Notes: a model not told the origin generated them from the letters alone. DNA of 64,000 nucleotides from Eledone cirrhosa (GCA_964016885.1 OZ024742.1:118048001-118112000); one strand, 5' to 3'. Counted from the first letter of the stretch, positions 1-13,129 are shown. Numbers and translations: made by a program.

Positions 1-637
1 TTCAAAAAACGTTGCAACCGGAGGAAGACAGGAAGACGATACTTTGGTTCGTGGAAACGTTCGCTGGCAGAGAACGGGAAAAAACGAATATAATACGTCA
101 TTAATAGGAGCGGTGAAAAACAATTACGCGCAATTACGACCTCTTTTATACCATAAACGTGGTTCTGTCTTTGCGTGTAATTGTTTTTCACCGCTCCTAT
201 TAATGACGTATTATATTCGTTTTTTCCCGTTCTTTGCCAGCGAACGTTTCCACTAACCAAAGTATCGTCTTCCTGTCTTCCTCCGGTTGCAACGGTTTTT
301 TGAAATATCCACTTCTGCGTTTACAGATTGACTTTGTTAGTTTCAGAAGATCCCGTTAAGGGCGAAAGCAGCGATTCTTTGCTTAAACTTTAATCTGTTA
401 TTTTAATAAATATTTGCTCTACGGTTCTTATATATTTGATATATATTTATCCTTATCGAGCCCTCTTTGGATTTTAGTCTTCAAATTTATTATTATTACT
501 ATATATATATAGCGATTCTTTGCTTAAACTTTAATCTGTTATTTTAATAAATATTTGCTCTACGGTTCTTATATATTTGATATATATTTATCCTTATCGA
601 GCCCTCTTTGGATTTTAGTCTTCAAATTTATTATTAT

Positions 638-640
<3 letters not shown>
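1..640. mobile_element. Non-coding foldback element, family D (probable Penelope pLTR derivative); 3' 130 bp duplicated
   Basis: 1-133 is the reverse complement of ~171-304, and the left arm runs off the window. 511-640 repeats 370-500 after a short (TA)n. It ends in (TA)n. The same family occurs at 1261-1315 and 12590-13013. Confidence 0.65.
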
Positions 641-725
<85 letters not shown>

Positions 726-740
726 TATATATATACATAT

Positions 741-782
<42 letters not shown>

Positions 783-825
783 TATATATATGTATATATA
801 TATATAATATATATATATACATATA

Positions 826-898
<73 letters not shown>

Positions 899-919
899 AT
901 ATATATGTATATATATATG

Positions 920-1009
<90 letters not shown>

Positions 1010-1036
1010 CCGAAATATATATATAAATATATATAT
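641..1036. repeat. (TA)n microsatellite
   Basis: Read directly; source of the spurious YI-repeat ORFs. Confidence 0.98.
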
Positions 1037-1038
1037 AA

Positions 1039-1235
1039 AAGTGGTTACACAACAGTTAGTTCACCATACCGAGAACAATTGTTTCACCTTAGCGGATCGT
1101 CAGCTGAGGATCCGCTAAGGCGAAACAATTGTTCTCGGTATGGTGAACTGACTGTTGTGTAACCACTTCTACCTAACTCGTCCCATGGACTGAGTGCTCT
1201 ACCACTACGGATATTACCTTCCAGTGTTCTACCAC
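1039..1235. mobile_element. Miniature foldback derivative of Penelope-like family B (pLTR only, with hammerhead motif)
   Basis: 1039-1103 is the reverse complement of 1104-1169, centred on CAG|CTG. The right arm plus tail match ~8943-9076. Flanked by (TA)n. Confidence 0.9.
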
Positions 1236-1339
1236 TATATATATAGTAATAATAATAATGTTTAAGGGTGAAAGTACTGATTCATTGCTTAAACTTTAAT
1301 CTGTTATTTTAATATGGCGACAAAGAAAGATATATATAT

Positions 1340-1597
1340 ATGTAAATGCCAAACTAACTATTTTCAATTCGGTATTTATAACAGACCGCAAGTAAGGTGG
1401 TTGGATAACATCCATAATCTTGGTTGGTTTCGCTTACGGATCCAGCAAGATCAATTAGAGACAGTTGCTTCTGACATAACCTGCTGGAAGGCGGAAAATG
1501 AGGGCTCTATCCAATGAGCTTCCCAGGAATAAGTGGCCGCCAGAGAAGAAGAAGAAGAAGAAGAAGAAGAAGAAGAAGAAGAAGAAGAAGAAGAAGG
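1340..1597 (+). mobile_element. Expander/Rex3-like RTE LINE 3' fragment with (GAA)n tail, internally deleted
   Basis: Peptide VRWLDNIHNLGWFRLRIQQDQLETVASD; homologous to 2290-2820 on the other strand; ends in (GAA)n. Confidence 0.75.
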
Positions 1598-1964
1598 TAT
1601 ATATATATATATATATATACACCTGTGCTTGGCTGACTAAGATTACCTTTTTGTTAGAAGTACCTGGAGGCTGTCAGTTGATTAAGGTGTAGTAGATGTT
1701 TTCCGGGTCGTAGAATTACCGCGTCGGTTTCCCCGAAGCTGTGTTTCATCTACAACATCGTGTAGTAATGTACAACATAACTCTATTGATACTTGAATTA
1801 TATCGATATCAAACTGAATGTGTTACATAAGTAACATCTAATCAGTCTGATCAATCGACAAGATTCCAGACCTCGTTCGATTGCCAAGTGGGGAGGGTCT
1901 CGTCAAATCCGACCAAGGAAACAATGTTTCCATAGGTCTTTCCATTGCTGATACTATCTACCGG

Positions 1965-2105
1965 TCGCAACTCCTGGCAAAAAGAGCAACGTGAAATAGA
2001 GTGTCTTGCCTAAGGACACAAAGCACCACCCACTACTAGAATTGAACTCGCAATCTCAGGATTGCGAATCCAACTCTCTAACCACTAAGCCTCGCACCTT
2101 CACTA
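1965..2105 (-). mobile_element. tRNA-derived SINE 5' part
   Basis: Minus strand has A box GGCTTAGTGG and B box GAGTTCAATTC, then GTGTCCTTAGGCAAGACAC, a typical metazoan SINE core motif. Confidence 0.75.
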
Positions 2106-2142
2106 CCAGCAGCTGATACCCAACATTATTTATATGGAAGAT

Positions 2143-2265
2143 ATTCTGAGTTCAAATCCCGCCAAGGTTAACTTTGCCTTTCATCTTTACGGGGTCTATA
2201 AAATAAAAGTACCAGTAATGCACTGGGTAATTGCTGGCCTTGTGCCAAAAGTAGAAACAATTATT
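2143..2265 (+). mobile_element. tRNA-derived SINE, 5'-truncated (cephalopod-type)
   Basis: B box GAGTTCAAATCC, then ACTTTGCCTTTCATC...AAGTACCAGT...GCTGGCCTTGTGCC. Similar copies at 43371, 58990(-) and 63760(-). Confidence 0.8.
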
Positions 2266-2289
2266 TATATATGAGATACCACTACTTTT

Positions 2290-3050
2290 TCTTCTTCTTC
2301 TTCTTCTTCTTCTTCTTCTTCTTCTTCTTCTTCTTCTTCTTCTTCTTCTTCTTCTTCTTCTTCTTCTCTGGGAAGCTCATTGGATAGAGTCTTCATTTTC
2401 CGCCTTCCAGCAGGTTATATCAGAAGCAACTGTCTCCAATTGATCTGGCTGGATCCCTAAGCGAAGCCAACCGAGCTTATGGATGTTATCCAACCACCTT
2501 ACTCGCGATCTGACTCTGTGTTTCCTGCCGATTGGTTTTACCCATAAAATATATCCAGCGATTCTTTCCTTAGACATTCTAACCACATATCCCTAATACT
2601 GGATCTATGATCTCTCGATGCGAAGTATAGCGGCTCTATTTGGTGCAACTCACTAGCTTCTGAGCTACGCAACCTATCAAGTAATGTTACTCCAAAACTC
2701 TTAGGAGGAATCGTATTTCTGCCGCCTGTATTTGCGAATATTTTCCTTCGGTCATTACCCAAGATTGATGATCATAGGTAAGGATAGATATAAATACCGA
2801 ACTGAAAATAGCTAGTTAGACATTTACACATACTCCACCTCATCTCATGACCGAGTGCTGAAATAGGCGCATAATTGCACCAACTCCAGTAATTCTTGTG
2901 TTTAATTCAGCCTCCTGCCTTTCTTCCCTCGTGGAAACGATCCCATGATACTTGAGGTTCTTCGCCTGATTCAGTGATAATCCATTCACATGTAAAACGC
3001 TCTGCATAGGTTTTCTCGGGCAGACGAATATCTCAATCTTCGCAGCACTC
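2290..3050 (-). mobile_element. Expander/Rex3-like RTE LINE 3' fragment, degenerate
   Basis: Peptides FGVTLLDRLRSSE, KNLKYHGIV...ELNTRI and VRWLDNI; (TTC)n at 2290-2367 is the (GAA)n tail. Confidence 0.8.
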
Positions 3051-3206
3051 AGCAACGTTAAAACAACAACACGATGTGACACTGTTACTCGGTTAAACTA
3101 CATTAGCGACAACACTTTCTGTACTGAACTCATATGCACCACCAGGAACCATTTTCACTGTGACATGAGTACAGCAGGAGTAGCAGCCTCTTCATATATA
3201 TATTAT

Positions 3207-3312
<106 letters not shown>

Positions 3313-4624
3313 ATATATATATATATATAATTACATGCATATGCGCACACTCAGACATACGCATACATACACATCAAATAGTTTATCACGAAGAAAGTAT
3401 AGAAATGAAAACTAATGAAAACATTGATGACATAAAAAAATGTTATCTATTTACAATATATTTCAGTTGGTTTGCGGTTCCCTTAGTAATAAAGCAGGTT
3501 GAAATATAAAGAAAAGAAAAAGAAAATTTGGTTTCCTGATGGCGTCAAACGTTATACACAGACTGCTCATGTTACCACGCAAGAAAATGAAAAATAAGCG
3601 ACAAAGACAAAGCAATTACAAAAGAGAGAAGGAAATGAAAACAAAGAAATACTTCAGCAGCATCAAACAACTGTCGCTTATGTAACATAATACGACACAC
3701 AATATTGATGAAGACAAGCAGAGACCCGTAAACATCTAAACAAAATTTGTGTATGTAGAAATACTCCCACATGAAAAACATGCATTAACACAGAAAATGA
3801 ATATTGTTCCAATGTGGAGTGTGCTTTGGAGAAGTGCAGACGTACAGACGTGCGTGAAAAGAATAACTGAATAATTTTTTCTCTATTTTAATGTCGAAAT
3901 TATAGATACCTCTTTCATATGTTCGTAGTAGTATGAACATATGAAAGATATTTGGAAAGTACACCGTTCTTTCGAAATAAAGTCTACAGACATAACAGAA
4001 TGTGATCAAAACATATGTGCTGTTGATGTGGAGGGGAAACTATTTTCTACGAACTCGTTCACTGTCCATCAATTGCTTACTTGTGGCAGTATATCGAATG
4101 GCTTCTATCTTCCGTATGACAGTTATGACTGTCAAGCGAGTCCTTTGTCAAGATTGAATGTTGGCAAACAAGGAAAGCTCCTTTCTTATGTCAGCCATGT
4201 GATATATTATATACAACAGTAAGTTACCAACAGTGATTGAAATTGTATATGATTATGAGATTATATGAGGTTGTTAGAGACTCATAGTAGGTTGAAACTG
4301 AAGAGACCCTCTACCTCTCTGGTTTCTCTCATTTATATGGAAATCTCTGGTATGTCATCTTTATAGTAACCCCCCCCCCCCCCACACACACACACAAACA
4401 CACACAAATACACATACATGAGGCATGTACATATAGACACATTCATAAATAGATCGACACACATATAAGGATATAGATACACCTTTAGGCAGACGGATGC
4501 ACTCACACAATGCACCTCAACCACACACACACTAGCATCACTGATATACATAGACGCTAAACCACATTGAATTCATTTATGTACACACGCATACATCATA
4601 AACATGCTTACGCACACATACGTT

Positions 4625-4675
<51 letters not shown>

Positions 4676-5310
4676 AGGATGAATATAAAATGAAAGTGCT
4701 TTTTTTAAAAAGGAATTTATTAGGTATTGACATATGTTTCTGTAACAGACGGAATACCTATGTATCGCTGCTTGCGTAATCATATAATGTTAGCAAGTAT
4801 TCGATAGCAAATGTATAATCAGTTGTCACTTCTTCAGAGATTTTGGATAAATTGGATAAAATCAGAAAAATTGAAGTATTTATATTAGTAATAGAGGAAG
4901 AAAAAGAGGGAATAGTATATGACAGATGGTAAATTAATTTACTGCTAAACAAGTATATAATGGGTTTCTAATGAGAATACCATGAGTAAATCTAAATAAG
5001 AATTTTGGGAGTGCCAATTTTAATCTCTACTTGACCAATTGGACAGTGGACAGGGCTGGTCATTTGGTGCAGTAGTATTAATTATAAAGTGTCAATTGGG
5101 GAAGGGGGAGATTTCGATTGCTACTAAATAACATCAATGCTAGTAGCCAGCTGGTATATGCATTAGGGAATTGAATCAAGAAATCAAAAATCTCATTTTA
5201 TCTATAGCAGTTTATATTAAAAGGTAAATAATAGAAGAGTTGATAGAATTAAGACTAATAAAGAATGTTAATATCTATTTTGACAATCAAACGGAGATAG
5301 AGACAGGCGT

Positions 5311-6260
5311 TCAATCCTGGTAGTATTTATAATATGAAAATATAGATTTTAAGCGATGGTTACAGTATAACGATCGCTCTATTTTGTTATTTAATAAAAT
5401 GTTTTGGGATTTCATAATACAAAATAATTCTACATTACATAATTTACAAAATTCCTGTCCATGGGTAATGGGGGGGGGGGCAGCCGCTATTATATCCCAT
5501 TTTAGGTGAAATTGTTGGTTATTTTCACGCAGCTGCCAAGCCTTGTCTGCGAGTGTTGTTACATAACGCTGGTTTTCATGTTTTATCGAGTAACGATGTC
5601 TATAAAGGCGTGATTTGAAGGAGGTGGCTGTAGATCCCACATAGTACCACTTCTGTCTATCCGATTCGATAGTACATTTGTATACGATGTTGCGTTCAAG
5701 ACACTGATTGTTCAACGGACACATTCCTGGTTAGACACAGTTGCAATTAGAATTTTGCGTTGTTGTATTGCCATGGATGGGTTGATGAGGTTGCTTATGT
5801 AGGACAGGATGTTGTTTGTTGTTTTGTGATGTTATAGCTAATGTTTTACGTGTATTGTTATGTGTTGGAAGGCGTTTATACAACCGTTTTGCGTTAAGCT
5901 TTTTTATATGTTGTTCAATATTAGGGGCGGTTGAATATGAAAGTCGAATAGTGTTAGGGTTTAAGATTTTATTATATTTATGTGATGTTGGAAAGTGTTT
6001 TTTAACTAATCGAAAGAATTTTGAGGGTAGATTGATTTTAATAGAGTTGTTATAGACCGGGTTGTACCAAATATACTCCTTACATCGCCTTCTGTTTGGT
6101 GGTGTGCGACTATTATTGTGTCTATTGCGGTAGTGTATGTATGGTGGTGATTCTGTGCTATTTCTACTCCTATGGGATTTATTTTGGGTGTTTTGGTGAT
6201 CTTCGACTATATACTCTATATTATCTAGGTGACCGACTTTCCTAAGTGCATCATCATAAC
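5311..6260 (-). pseudogene. PLE RT-thumb/linker + GIY-YIG endonuclease (family A, left arm), one in-frame TAA
   Basis: IWYNP..KHFP..KILNPNTIRLSYS; CNC-x4-CPL-x3-C; IVYKC..YVGST..FKSRLYRH; CKLC..E..N..CNH. The stop at 5731-5733 is CAA in the right arm. Confidence 0.9.
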
Positions 6261-6262
6261 AT

Positions 6263-7055
6263 CCACCAAACAGAAGGCGATGTAAGGAGTATATTTGGTA
6301 CAACCCGGTCTATAACAACTCTATTAAAACCAATCTACCCTCAAAATTCTTTCGATTAGTTAAAAAACACTTTCCAACATCACATAAATATAATAAAATC
6401 TTAAACCCTAACACTATTCGACTTTCATATTCAACCGCCCCTAATATTGAACAACATATAAAAAAGCTTAACGCAAAACGGTTGTATAAACGCCTTCCAA
6501 CACATAACAATACACGTAAAACATTAGCTATAACATCACAAAACAACAAACAACATCCTGTCCTACATAAGCAACCTCATCAACCCATCCATGGCAATAC
6601 AACAACGCAAAATTATAATTGCAACTGTGTCCAACCAGGAATGTGTCCGTTGAACAATCAGTGTCTTGAACGCAACATCGTATACAAATGTACTATCGAA
6701 TCGGATAGACAGAAGTGGTACTATGTGGGATCTACAGCCACCTCCTTCAAATCACGCCTTTATAGACATCGTTACTCGATAAAACATGAAAACCAGCGTT
6801 ATGTAACAACACTCGCAGACAAGGCTTGGCAGCTGCGTGAAAATAACCAACAATTTCACCTAAAATGGGATATAATAGCGGCTGCCCCCCCCCCCCCATT
6901 ACCCATGGACAGGAATTTTGTAAATTATGTAATGTAGAATTATTTTGTATTATGAAATCCAAAACATTTTATTAAATAACAAAATAGAGCGATCGTTATA
7001 CTGTAACCATCGCTTAAAATCTACATTTTCATATTATAAATACTACCAGGATTGA
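6263..7055 (+). pseudogene. PLE linker + GIY-YIG endonuclease (family A, right arm), frameshift in poly-C
   Basis: ORF 6482-6937 encodes the same protein as the left arm until the C-run at ~6885-6897. Confidence 0.88.
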
Positions 7056-7525
7056 ACGCCTGTCTCTATCTCTGTTTGATTGTCAAAATAGATATTAACA
7101 TTCTTTATTAGTCTTAATTCTATCAACTCTTCTATTATTTACCTTTTAATATAAACTGCTATAGATAAAATGAGATTTCTGATTTCTTGATTCAATTCCC
7201 TAATGCATATACCAGCTGGCTACTAGCATTGATGTTATTTAGTAGCAATCGAAATCTCCCCCTTCCCCAATTGACACTTTATAATTAATACTACTGCACC
7301 AAATGACCAGCCCTGTCCACTGTCCAATTGGTCAAGTAGAGATTAAAATTGGCACTCCCAAAATTCTTATTTAGATTTACTCATGGTATTCTCATTAGAA
7401 ACCCATTATATACTTGTTTAGCAGTAAATTAATTTACCATCTATCATATACTATCCCCTCTTTTTCTTCCTCTATTACTAATATAAATACTTCAATTTTT
7501 CTGATTTTATCCAATTTATCCAAAA

Positions 7526-7640
7526 TCTCTGAAGAAGTGACAACTGATTATACATTTGCTATCGAATACTTGCTAACATTATATGATTACGCAAGCAGCG
7601 ATACATAGGTATTCCGTCTGTTACAGAAACATATGTCAAT
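7526..7640 (+). ncRNA. Degenerate type I hammerhead-like motif with long stem II (family A pLTR); mirror at 4726-4840(-)
   Basis: CTGAAGA at 7529; stem II GTGACA/TGTTAC enclosing ~75 nt; GAAAC-ATAT-GTC with a palindromic stem III; stem I pairs poorly. Confidence 0.55.
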
Positions 7641-7797
7641 ACCTAATAAATTCCTTTTAAAAAAAAGCACTTTCATTTTATATTCATCCTTTCTACATTT
7701 TCTCCGGAATATAATTTATACTCGTTGAGCAAACCTGCACGTACGCTGTTCATCTCTAACGTAACGATATATTATCACTACATTACTGATAACCTGA

Positions 7798-7854
<57 letters not shown>

Positions 7855-7859
<5 letters not shown>

Positions 7860-9073
7860 GTGGTTACACAACAGTTAGTTCACCATACCGAGAACAATTG
7901 TTTCACCTTAGCAGATCCTCAGCTCGTAATGGACATGGTTATACGGAACAGGAAGGACAACCGTACGAACGCGCATGCGCAGAAACGGTCACTTCACACA
8001 CGCAATACTAAATTGCGTGCGAGAGGTGTAAGAGAGATAACTGCGAAAGTTCGAAAGTTTCTGGTTGATAAGAAAATTAGGATGATGTTGTAATTCAATC
8101 CGGAGCAACGTGTGAAGAATTCATTCCTCGTGTTTAGGCAATCACTATTGCGTAATCTCTTTAGAATATTTATTCGTTCATCAATACATAGTCCACACGA
8201 CGGATTGCCCCTTCCGTATGGCTTGGACTTAGTGATGGCTTTCCATTCAATGGAGTAGTCTATACTTGAGTCCTTGAGGGACCATACCTGGCTCGAGAGT
8301 TTCGTGGATGAACGTCTGTCCGGGTACTTAAACGTCGATTGGTGGTTCAGGAAGCGTTCCTTAAATTGGCCCTCCGCCATACACACATAGGATTTGACCT
8401 CCTGTGGTAGATTTGGTCGTTTAGAAGTGACCACAGCTTCATAAACTACAGCGGGTGTGTTGCATTGCTGTTGAAGGGGACAAGCTTAGGGCTTACGACA
8501 AGAGCACCCTGGTGGGGTTCTGCTCTTAGAGCTGTTGGTGATGTGGGCCTTCATGTTCTTAGCACATGAGTATCCTAGTTTTACTTTGTGTCAGTTAAAG
8601 ATGGAGCGGTATTTATGACCTATGGGAAAGTGTCTATCTAAGAGGGCTAGGCATTTTTTGCCTACATTGGTTTAACGTTGAGTGAGAAGGGAGGAGAGAA
8701 CCAGATAGTTTGTCTATTGTTACGTTTTCTTTTCTTATTGCTGTTGTTGTTAACTACAAAGCTCCGGATTGAATTACAACAACATCCTAATTTTCTTATC
8801 AACCAGAAACTTTCGAACTTTCGCAGTTATCTCCCTTACACCTCTCGCACGCAACTTAGTATTACCTGTGTGAAGTGATCGTTTCTGCGCATGCGCGTTC
8901 GTACGGTTGTCCTTCCTGTTCCGTATAACCATGTCCATTACGAGCTGAGGATCCGCTAAGGTGAAACAATTGTTCTCGGTATGGTGAACTAACTGTTGTG
9001 TAACCACTTCTACCTAACTCGTCCCATGGACTGAGTGCTCTACCACTACGGATACTACCTTCCAGTGTTCTAC

Positions 9074-9076
<3 letters not shown>
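7855..9076. mobile_element. Penelope-like element family B copy 1 (Naiad-type), foldback insertion in (TA)n
   Basis: 7855-8106 mirrors 8761-9012; tail 9013-9076. The minus strand encodes IWFSPPFS..HFP..KLGYSC..CSCRKP*ACPL..VYEA..FKERFLNH..CGLC..E..LNTRNE. Confidence 0.92.
8935..8984 (+). ncRNA. Minimal type I hammerhead ribozyme (family B pLTR); mirror at ~7884-7933(-)
   Basis: Stem I CCAT..CGAG/CTCG..ATGG; core CTGAGGA; stem II T-CC-GCTAA-GG-T; GAAAC-AATT-GTT (palindromic stem III, GUU site after 8974). Confidence 0.8.
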
Positions 9077-9171
<95 letters not shown>

Positions 9172-9419
9172 TTGCATACTTACATGTTTACACTCACATT
9201 CATTTACATACATACACTCCTACAGATATATTTACGTACACACATATACGTCCTTATATGTACACACACATTGGTACATAGATATCCAGCCAGCCCCACA
9301 GGTGCGCTTGTTTCATGCGTATATTTAATCCTAACACATTTTCTTAACTTAATTTTTATTTACAATTCATATATATACTTATTTATCTATTTTTATTTAT
9401 ATAATGATTCAGGTATTTA

Positions 9420-9840
9420 AATTTGAATCTTGGGTAATGACCGAAAGGAAACGATCACGATTACAAGCGGCCGAAATGGAATTACTCCGAAGGGTATTTG
9501 GAGTAACATTACTCGATAAAGTGCGTCGCTCCGAGATCAGAGAGTCACTCCAGATAGAGTTGTTACTTTTCCGAATTGAGAGATCACAGCATGTAGTTAG
9601 AATGTCTTACGAGTACCTGGTTAAATCGCTGGACAGATTTTACGGGCAAAACCAGCCAGCAGGAGACCCGAGGATAGAGCCCCCGCAAGCAGCTTGGATA
9701 ACATCTTTGAGCTTGGCTGGTCTCGCTTGAGGATCCAGCCTGATCAGTTGGAGACGGTTTCTTCTGACAGGACCCGCTGAAGGGATTGTTTGAGGACTCT
9801 GCCCCCACAACCCTCTCAGAAATATGAGGGCGAAGAAGAA
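9420..9840 (+). mobile_element. Expander/Rex3-like RTE LINE 3' fragment
   Basis: ESWVMTERKRSRLQAAEMELLRRVFGVTLLDKVRRSEIRESLQIELLLFRIERSQ; ends GAAGAAGAA. Confidence 0.85.
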
Positions 9841-10944
9841 AAAGGTAATTACATTTTATAGTGTTAATATTGTTCAATTGTAAAATTAAAACTTCTTTAA
9901 ATCCCACGTTACCATATTATCGAAATATTACAAGATTATTTTTATTAATATGTATTTATTGCAAATATGCAAATATACAAATGAGAATTATTTTCATTTA
10001 AAAAAGATTTTTATGTTAATTATTTTCATTTTCAAAATTAGTGTTCATTTCATTATGTTCTATAAGTATCATTAAATAATAATTGTTTTACCTATGTACA
10101 TTACCCAATGTTACCTACAAAAGTATCGCCTCAAAATGACCCAACATATGATGGGTCAAATATTTCATGATATTACGCAGGGTTGATAATCTGGGAATGT
10201 TAATATATTCAAATACTTATTCAATATGTCAGACAGATACATTCTAAATTGTTAATAGGAAAATGAGTTTGCAAATGCCAGAAATTTATAAGAGAGAATT
10301 ACTTTTTATCCGTAGATGGAATAACTAGCTCCAACTGGGAATCAGAACCAACTCGTGGGCTTGTCTCAGTGGGATATTACTGATCCTTGAACATTGGAAG
10401 TCACAGTATGTTAATCTCGTAAAAAGCTGTGCCTATGAAATGGCATTTTGTTCTTTAACGATTTTACATTGCCATATGACATTAACTTTTGTTAAGAAAG
10501 ATAATGTCAGCTATCTTATAAATAAACTGAGTTGTAAACGGAATTCCTTTAAATTACACCAGACAGCATACTTCTTTGTCTATAGCTGGAATGTCGGCCT
10601 AATCTATTTGATATTAACCCAAACAGTTAAGCCTAACTGGATGGTTCATCTTAAGTAGCAGAAAATATTTTATGTACTGTTAAATATACATCGATAAAGC
10701 AAACAACAATCAGTAGTTATGTCGTGAGACTTTAACGTACCATGAGGAGATAAAATAGGTTGTCAACTATATGTACGGTTGTATTCATCCGATTTATCTC
10801 GTGCGTATTGAGTCATCGTCTAATACATTTTAAATAGAACTGAATATAAATTCTATAGTAATTTCAGCAAAACTTAATCAAATTTGATATGTTACTATTT
10901 CAATTGTCCATTTTCATTTTGTCTACTATTTGCAGGAAATATTG

Positions 10945-11745
10945 TCAAGACGTGTGGACAACGTGTGAAGAATTCATTTCTTGAGTTTAGGCAATCGCTA
11001 TTGCGTAATCTCTTTAGAATATTTATTCGTTCATCAATAATACATAGTCCACAGGACGGCTTTGACTTAGTGATGGCTTTCCATTGAATGGAGTAGTCTA
11101 TACTTGAGTGCTTGAGGCACCATACGTGGCTCGCGAGTTTCGTGGATGAACGTCTGTCCGAGTACCTAAAGGTCGATTGGTAGTTCAGGAAGCGTTCCTT
11201 AAATTGGCCCTCCGCCAAACCCACATAGGATTTGACCTCCTGTGGTTGATTTTGTCGGTTGGAAGTGACTACAGCTTCATAAACTACAGCGGGTGTGTTG
11301 CATTGCTGTTGAAGGGGACAAGCTTAGGGCTTACGACAAGAGCACCCTGTTGGGGTGTTGCTCTTAGGGCTGTTGGTGATGTGGGCCTTCATGTTCTTAG
11401 CACAGGAGTATCCTAGTTTTACTTTGTGTCAGTTAAAGATGGAGCGGTATTTATGACCTATGGGAAAGTGTCTATCTAAGAGGGCTAAAAATTGTTTGCC
11501 TACATGGGTTTTAACGTTGAGTGAAAAGGGAGGAGAGAACCAGATAGTTTGTCTATTGTTACGCTTTGTTTTCTTATTGGTGTTGTTGTTAGTGGGAGAG
11601 TAAGTGATAGGTTGCGAGAAGCCGCATGCGCGTTCGTACGGTTGTCCTCCTGTTCCGTATAACCATGTCCATTACGAGCTGAAAATCCGCTAAGGTGAAA
11701 CAATTGTTCTCGGTATGGTGAACTAACTGTTGTGTAACCACTTCT
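10945..11745. mobile_element. Penelope-like family B copy 2 (GIY-YIG on minus strand, inverted pLTR piece on plus strand)
   Basis: ~10950-11590 is homologous to ~8107-8750. 11622-11745 matches the pLTR, has the hammerhead core mutated to CTGAAAA, and ends at CACTTCTA|(TA)n. Confidence 0.88.
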
Positions 11746-11756
11746 ATATATATATG

Positions 11757-12010
11757 CAAATATACGTACGAGAAAGTATACGTACCTTCACAAAACATAC
11801 AGGTAATATATACTTACCTATACAAATAAGTAATGGTATAAACATAACATATACTTAGCTACCACATCAAGACGTAAAATATTCGCATATAGTTCGTACT
11901 ATCCGTTAGGGTATAATGTGGGACTGTAATACAGGAAAGTTTTGTGCAATTTATGTTTACAAGCCGTATGTTTTGTGAAGGTACGTATACTTTCTCGTAC
12001 GTATATTTGC
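11757..12010. mobile_element. Degenerate foldback fragment, probably Penelope-like
   Basis: 11757-11800 is the reverse complement of ~11966-12010; TGCAATTTATGTTTACAA (CNLCLQ) resembles the C-terminal CxLC motif. Confidence 0.45.
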
Positions 12011-12264
12011 TTGTATATGTTATGACGTATATATTATATATACTGGTACATGTGCATATGGTTATGTGTATGCGTGAGTTCTGCGTCTGTGTGAGTATGC
12101 GGGTTCGTACGTATGTAGGGTGTGTGTATATGTGTACTTTGTGTTTTGGTTGACGTACGTATGTGTACATATGTGTATTTACATGTAGGTATGTGTGTGC
12201 GCGTTATATATATATTTATGTGTGTATATAATTATATGTATACACACACACACACACACACACG

Positions 12265-12328
<64 letters not shown>

Positions 12329-12589
12329 TTTTATATATTTTTTATGTGTATTTGGTGTATACGTTCGTATGTGTGCGGGTACAGGCGTTGCGTGGGTTGT
12401 GTATGTGTGTGCGTGTTTTTTGTGTGCGTGCTTGTATTTGCATACCCATTGCGGGTGTTTTCGCGTATGCTTGTGTGTGTACGTATATGGATGTGTGTAT
12501 GTATATATTTAATTTCAATTACCTCTGTAATTTATTTACTTTATTCTTAACTCTGAAGCCGAGAATCATCCGGTTTCCTAAATAGAATT

Positions 12590-13013
12590 TTACTCTACGA
12601 CTTCAGTTATACCATATACGTGGTTTTGTCTTAGCGTGTAATTGTTCTCACCGCTCCACATAATGACGTATTATCTTCGTGTTTTCCGTTCATCGCCAGA
12701 GAACGTCTTCATGAACCACCTAAGAGAATATTAGTCTACGACTTCATTTATACCATAAACGTGGTTTTGTCTTTGCGTGTAATTGTTTTTCACCGCTCCA
12801 AATAATGACGTATTATCTTCGTTTTTTTCCGTTCTTTGCCAGGGAACGTTTCCACGAACCAAAGTATCGTCTTCCTGTCTTCCTTCGGTTGCAAAGTTTT
12901 TTTGAAATATTTACTTCTGCGTTCACAGATTGATTTTTTTAGTTTCAGAAGATCCCGTTAAGGGTGAAAGCAGCGATTATCTGCTTAAACTTTAATCTGT
13001 TATTTTAATAAAT
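12590..13013 (+). mobile_element. Family D element with an internal ~140-bp tandem subrepeat
   Basis: ~12595-12720 and ~12736-12860 are diverged repeats; 12736-13013 is homologous to 135-413; ends TTTTAATAAATA|(TA)n. Confidence 0.8.
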
Positions 13014-13033
13014 ATATATATATATATGTATAA

Positions 13034-13129
<96 letters not shown>

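Larger units (their letters stand above)
4670..7803. mobile_element. Penelope-like element family A (Naiad-type), head-to-head foldback insertion in (TA)n
   Basis: Minus arm 4670-~6262; plus arm ~6263-7695 mirrors 4670-6102; unique tail 7696-7803; (TA)n on both sides. Confidence 0.92.

Noticed and set aside
608-1162. YI/HT/CV-repeat ORFs here and at 3165, 9035, 12122, 59713-60398 and 62384
   Set aside because: They are translations of (TA)n and (CA)n microsatellites.
3941-4222. 93-aa ORF ending at a GTAAGT donor-like site
   Set aside because: No recognisable domain and no clear acceptor.
4670-7803. Long inverted repeats read as DNA-transposon TIRs or as assembly artefacts
   Set aside because: The arms encode PLE GIY-YIG/RT, differ by scattered mutations and end at family-specific sites.
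8591-8593. UGA as selenocysteine in a Naiad-type ORF
   Set aside because: Not at a Cys position, an in-frame TAA follows, and no SECIS was identified by eye.
10316-10404. Possible host exon (pyrimidine tract + TAG acceptor, GTATGT donor)
   Set aside because: Stops in all three frames and no recognisable peptide; would need RNA-seq support.
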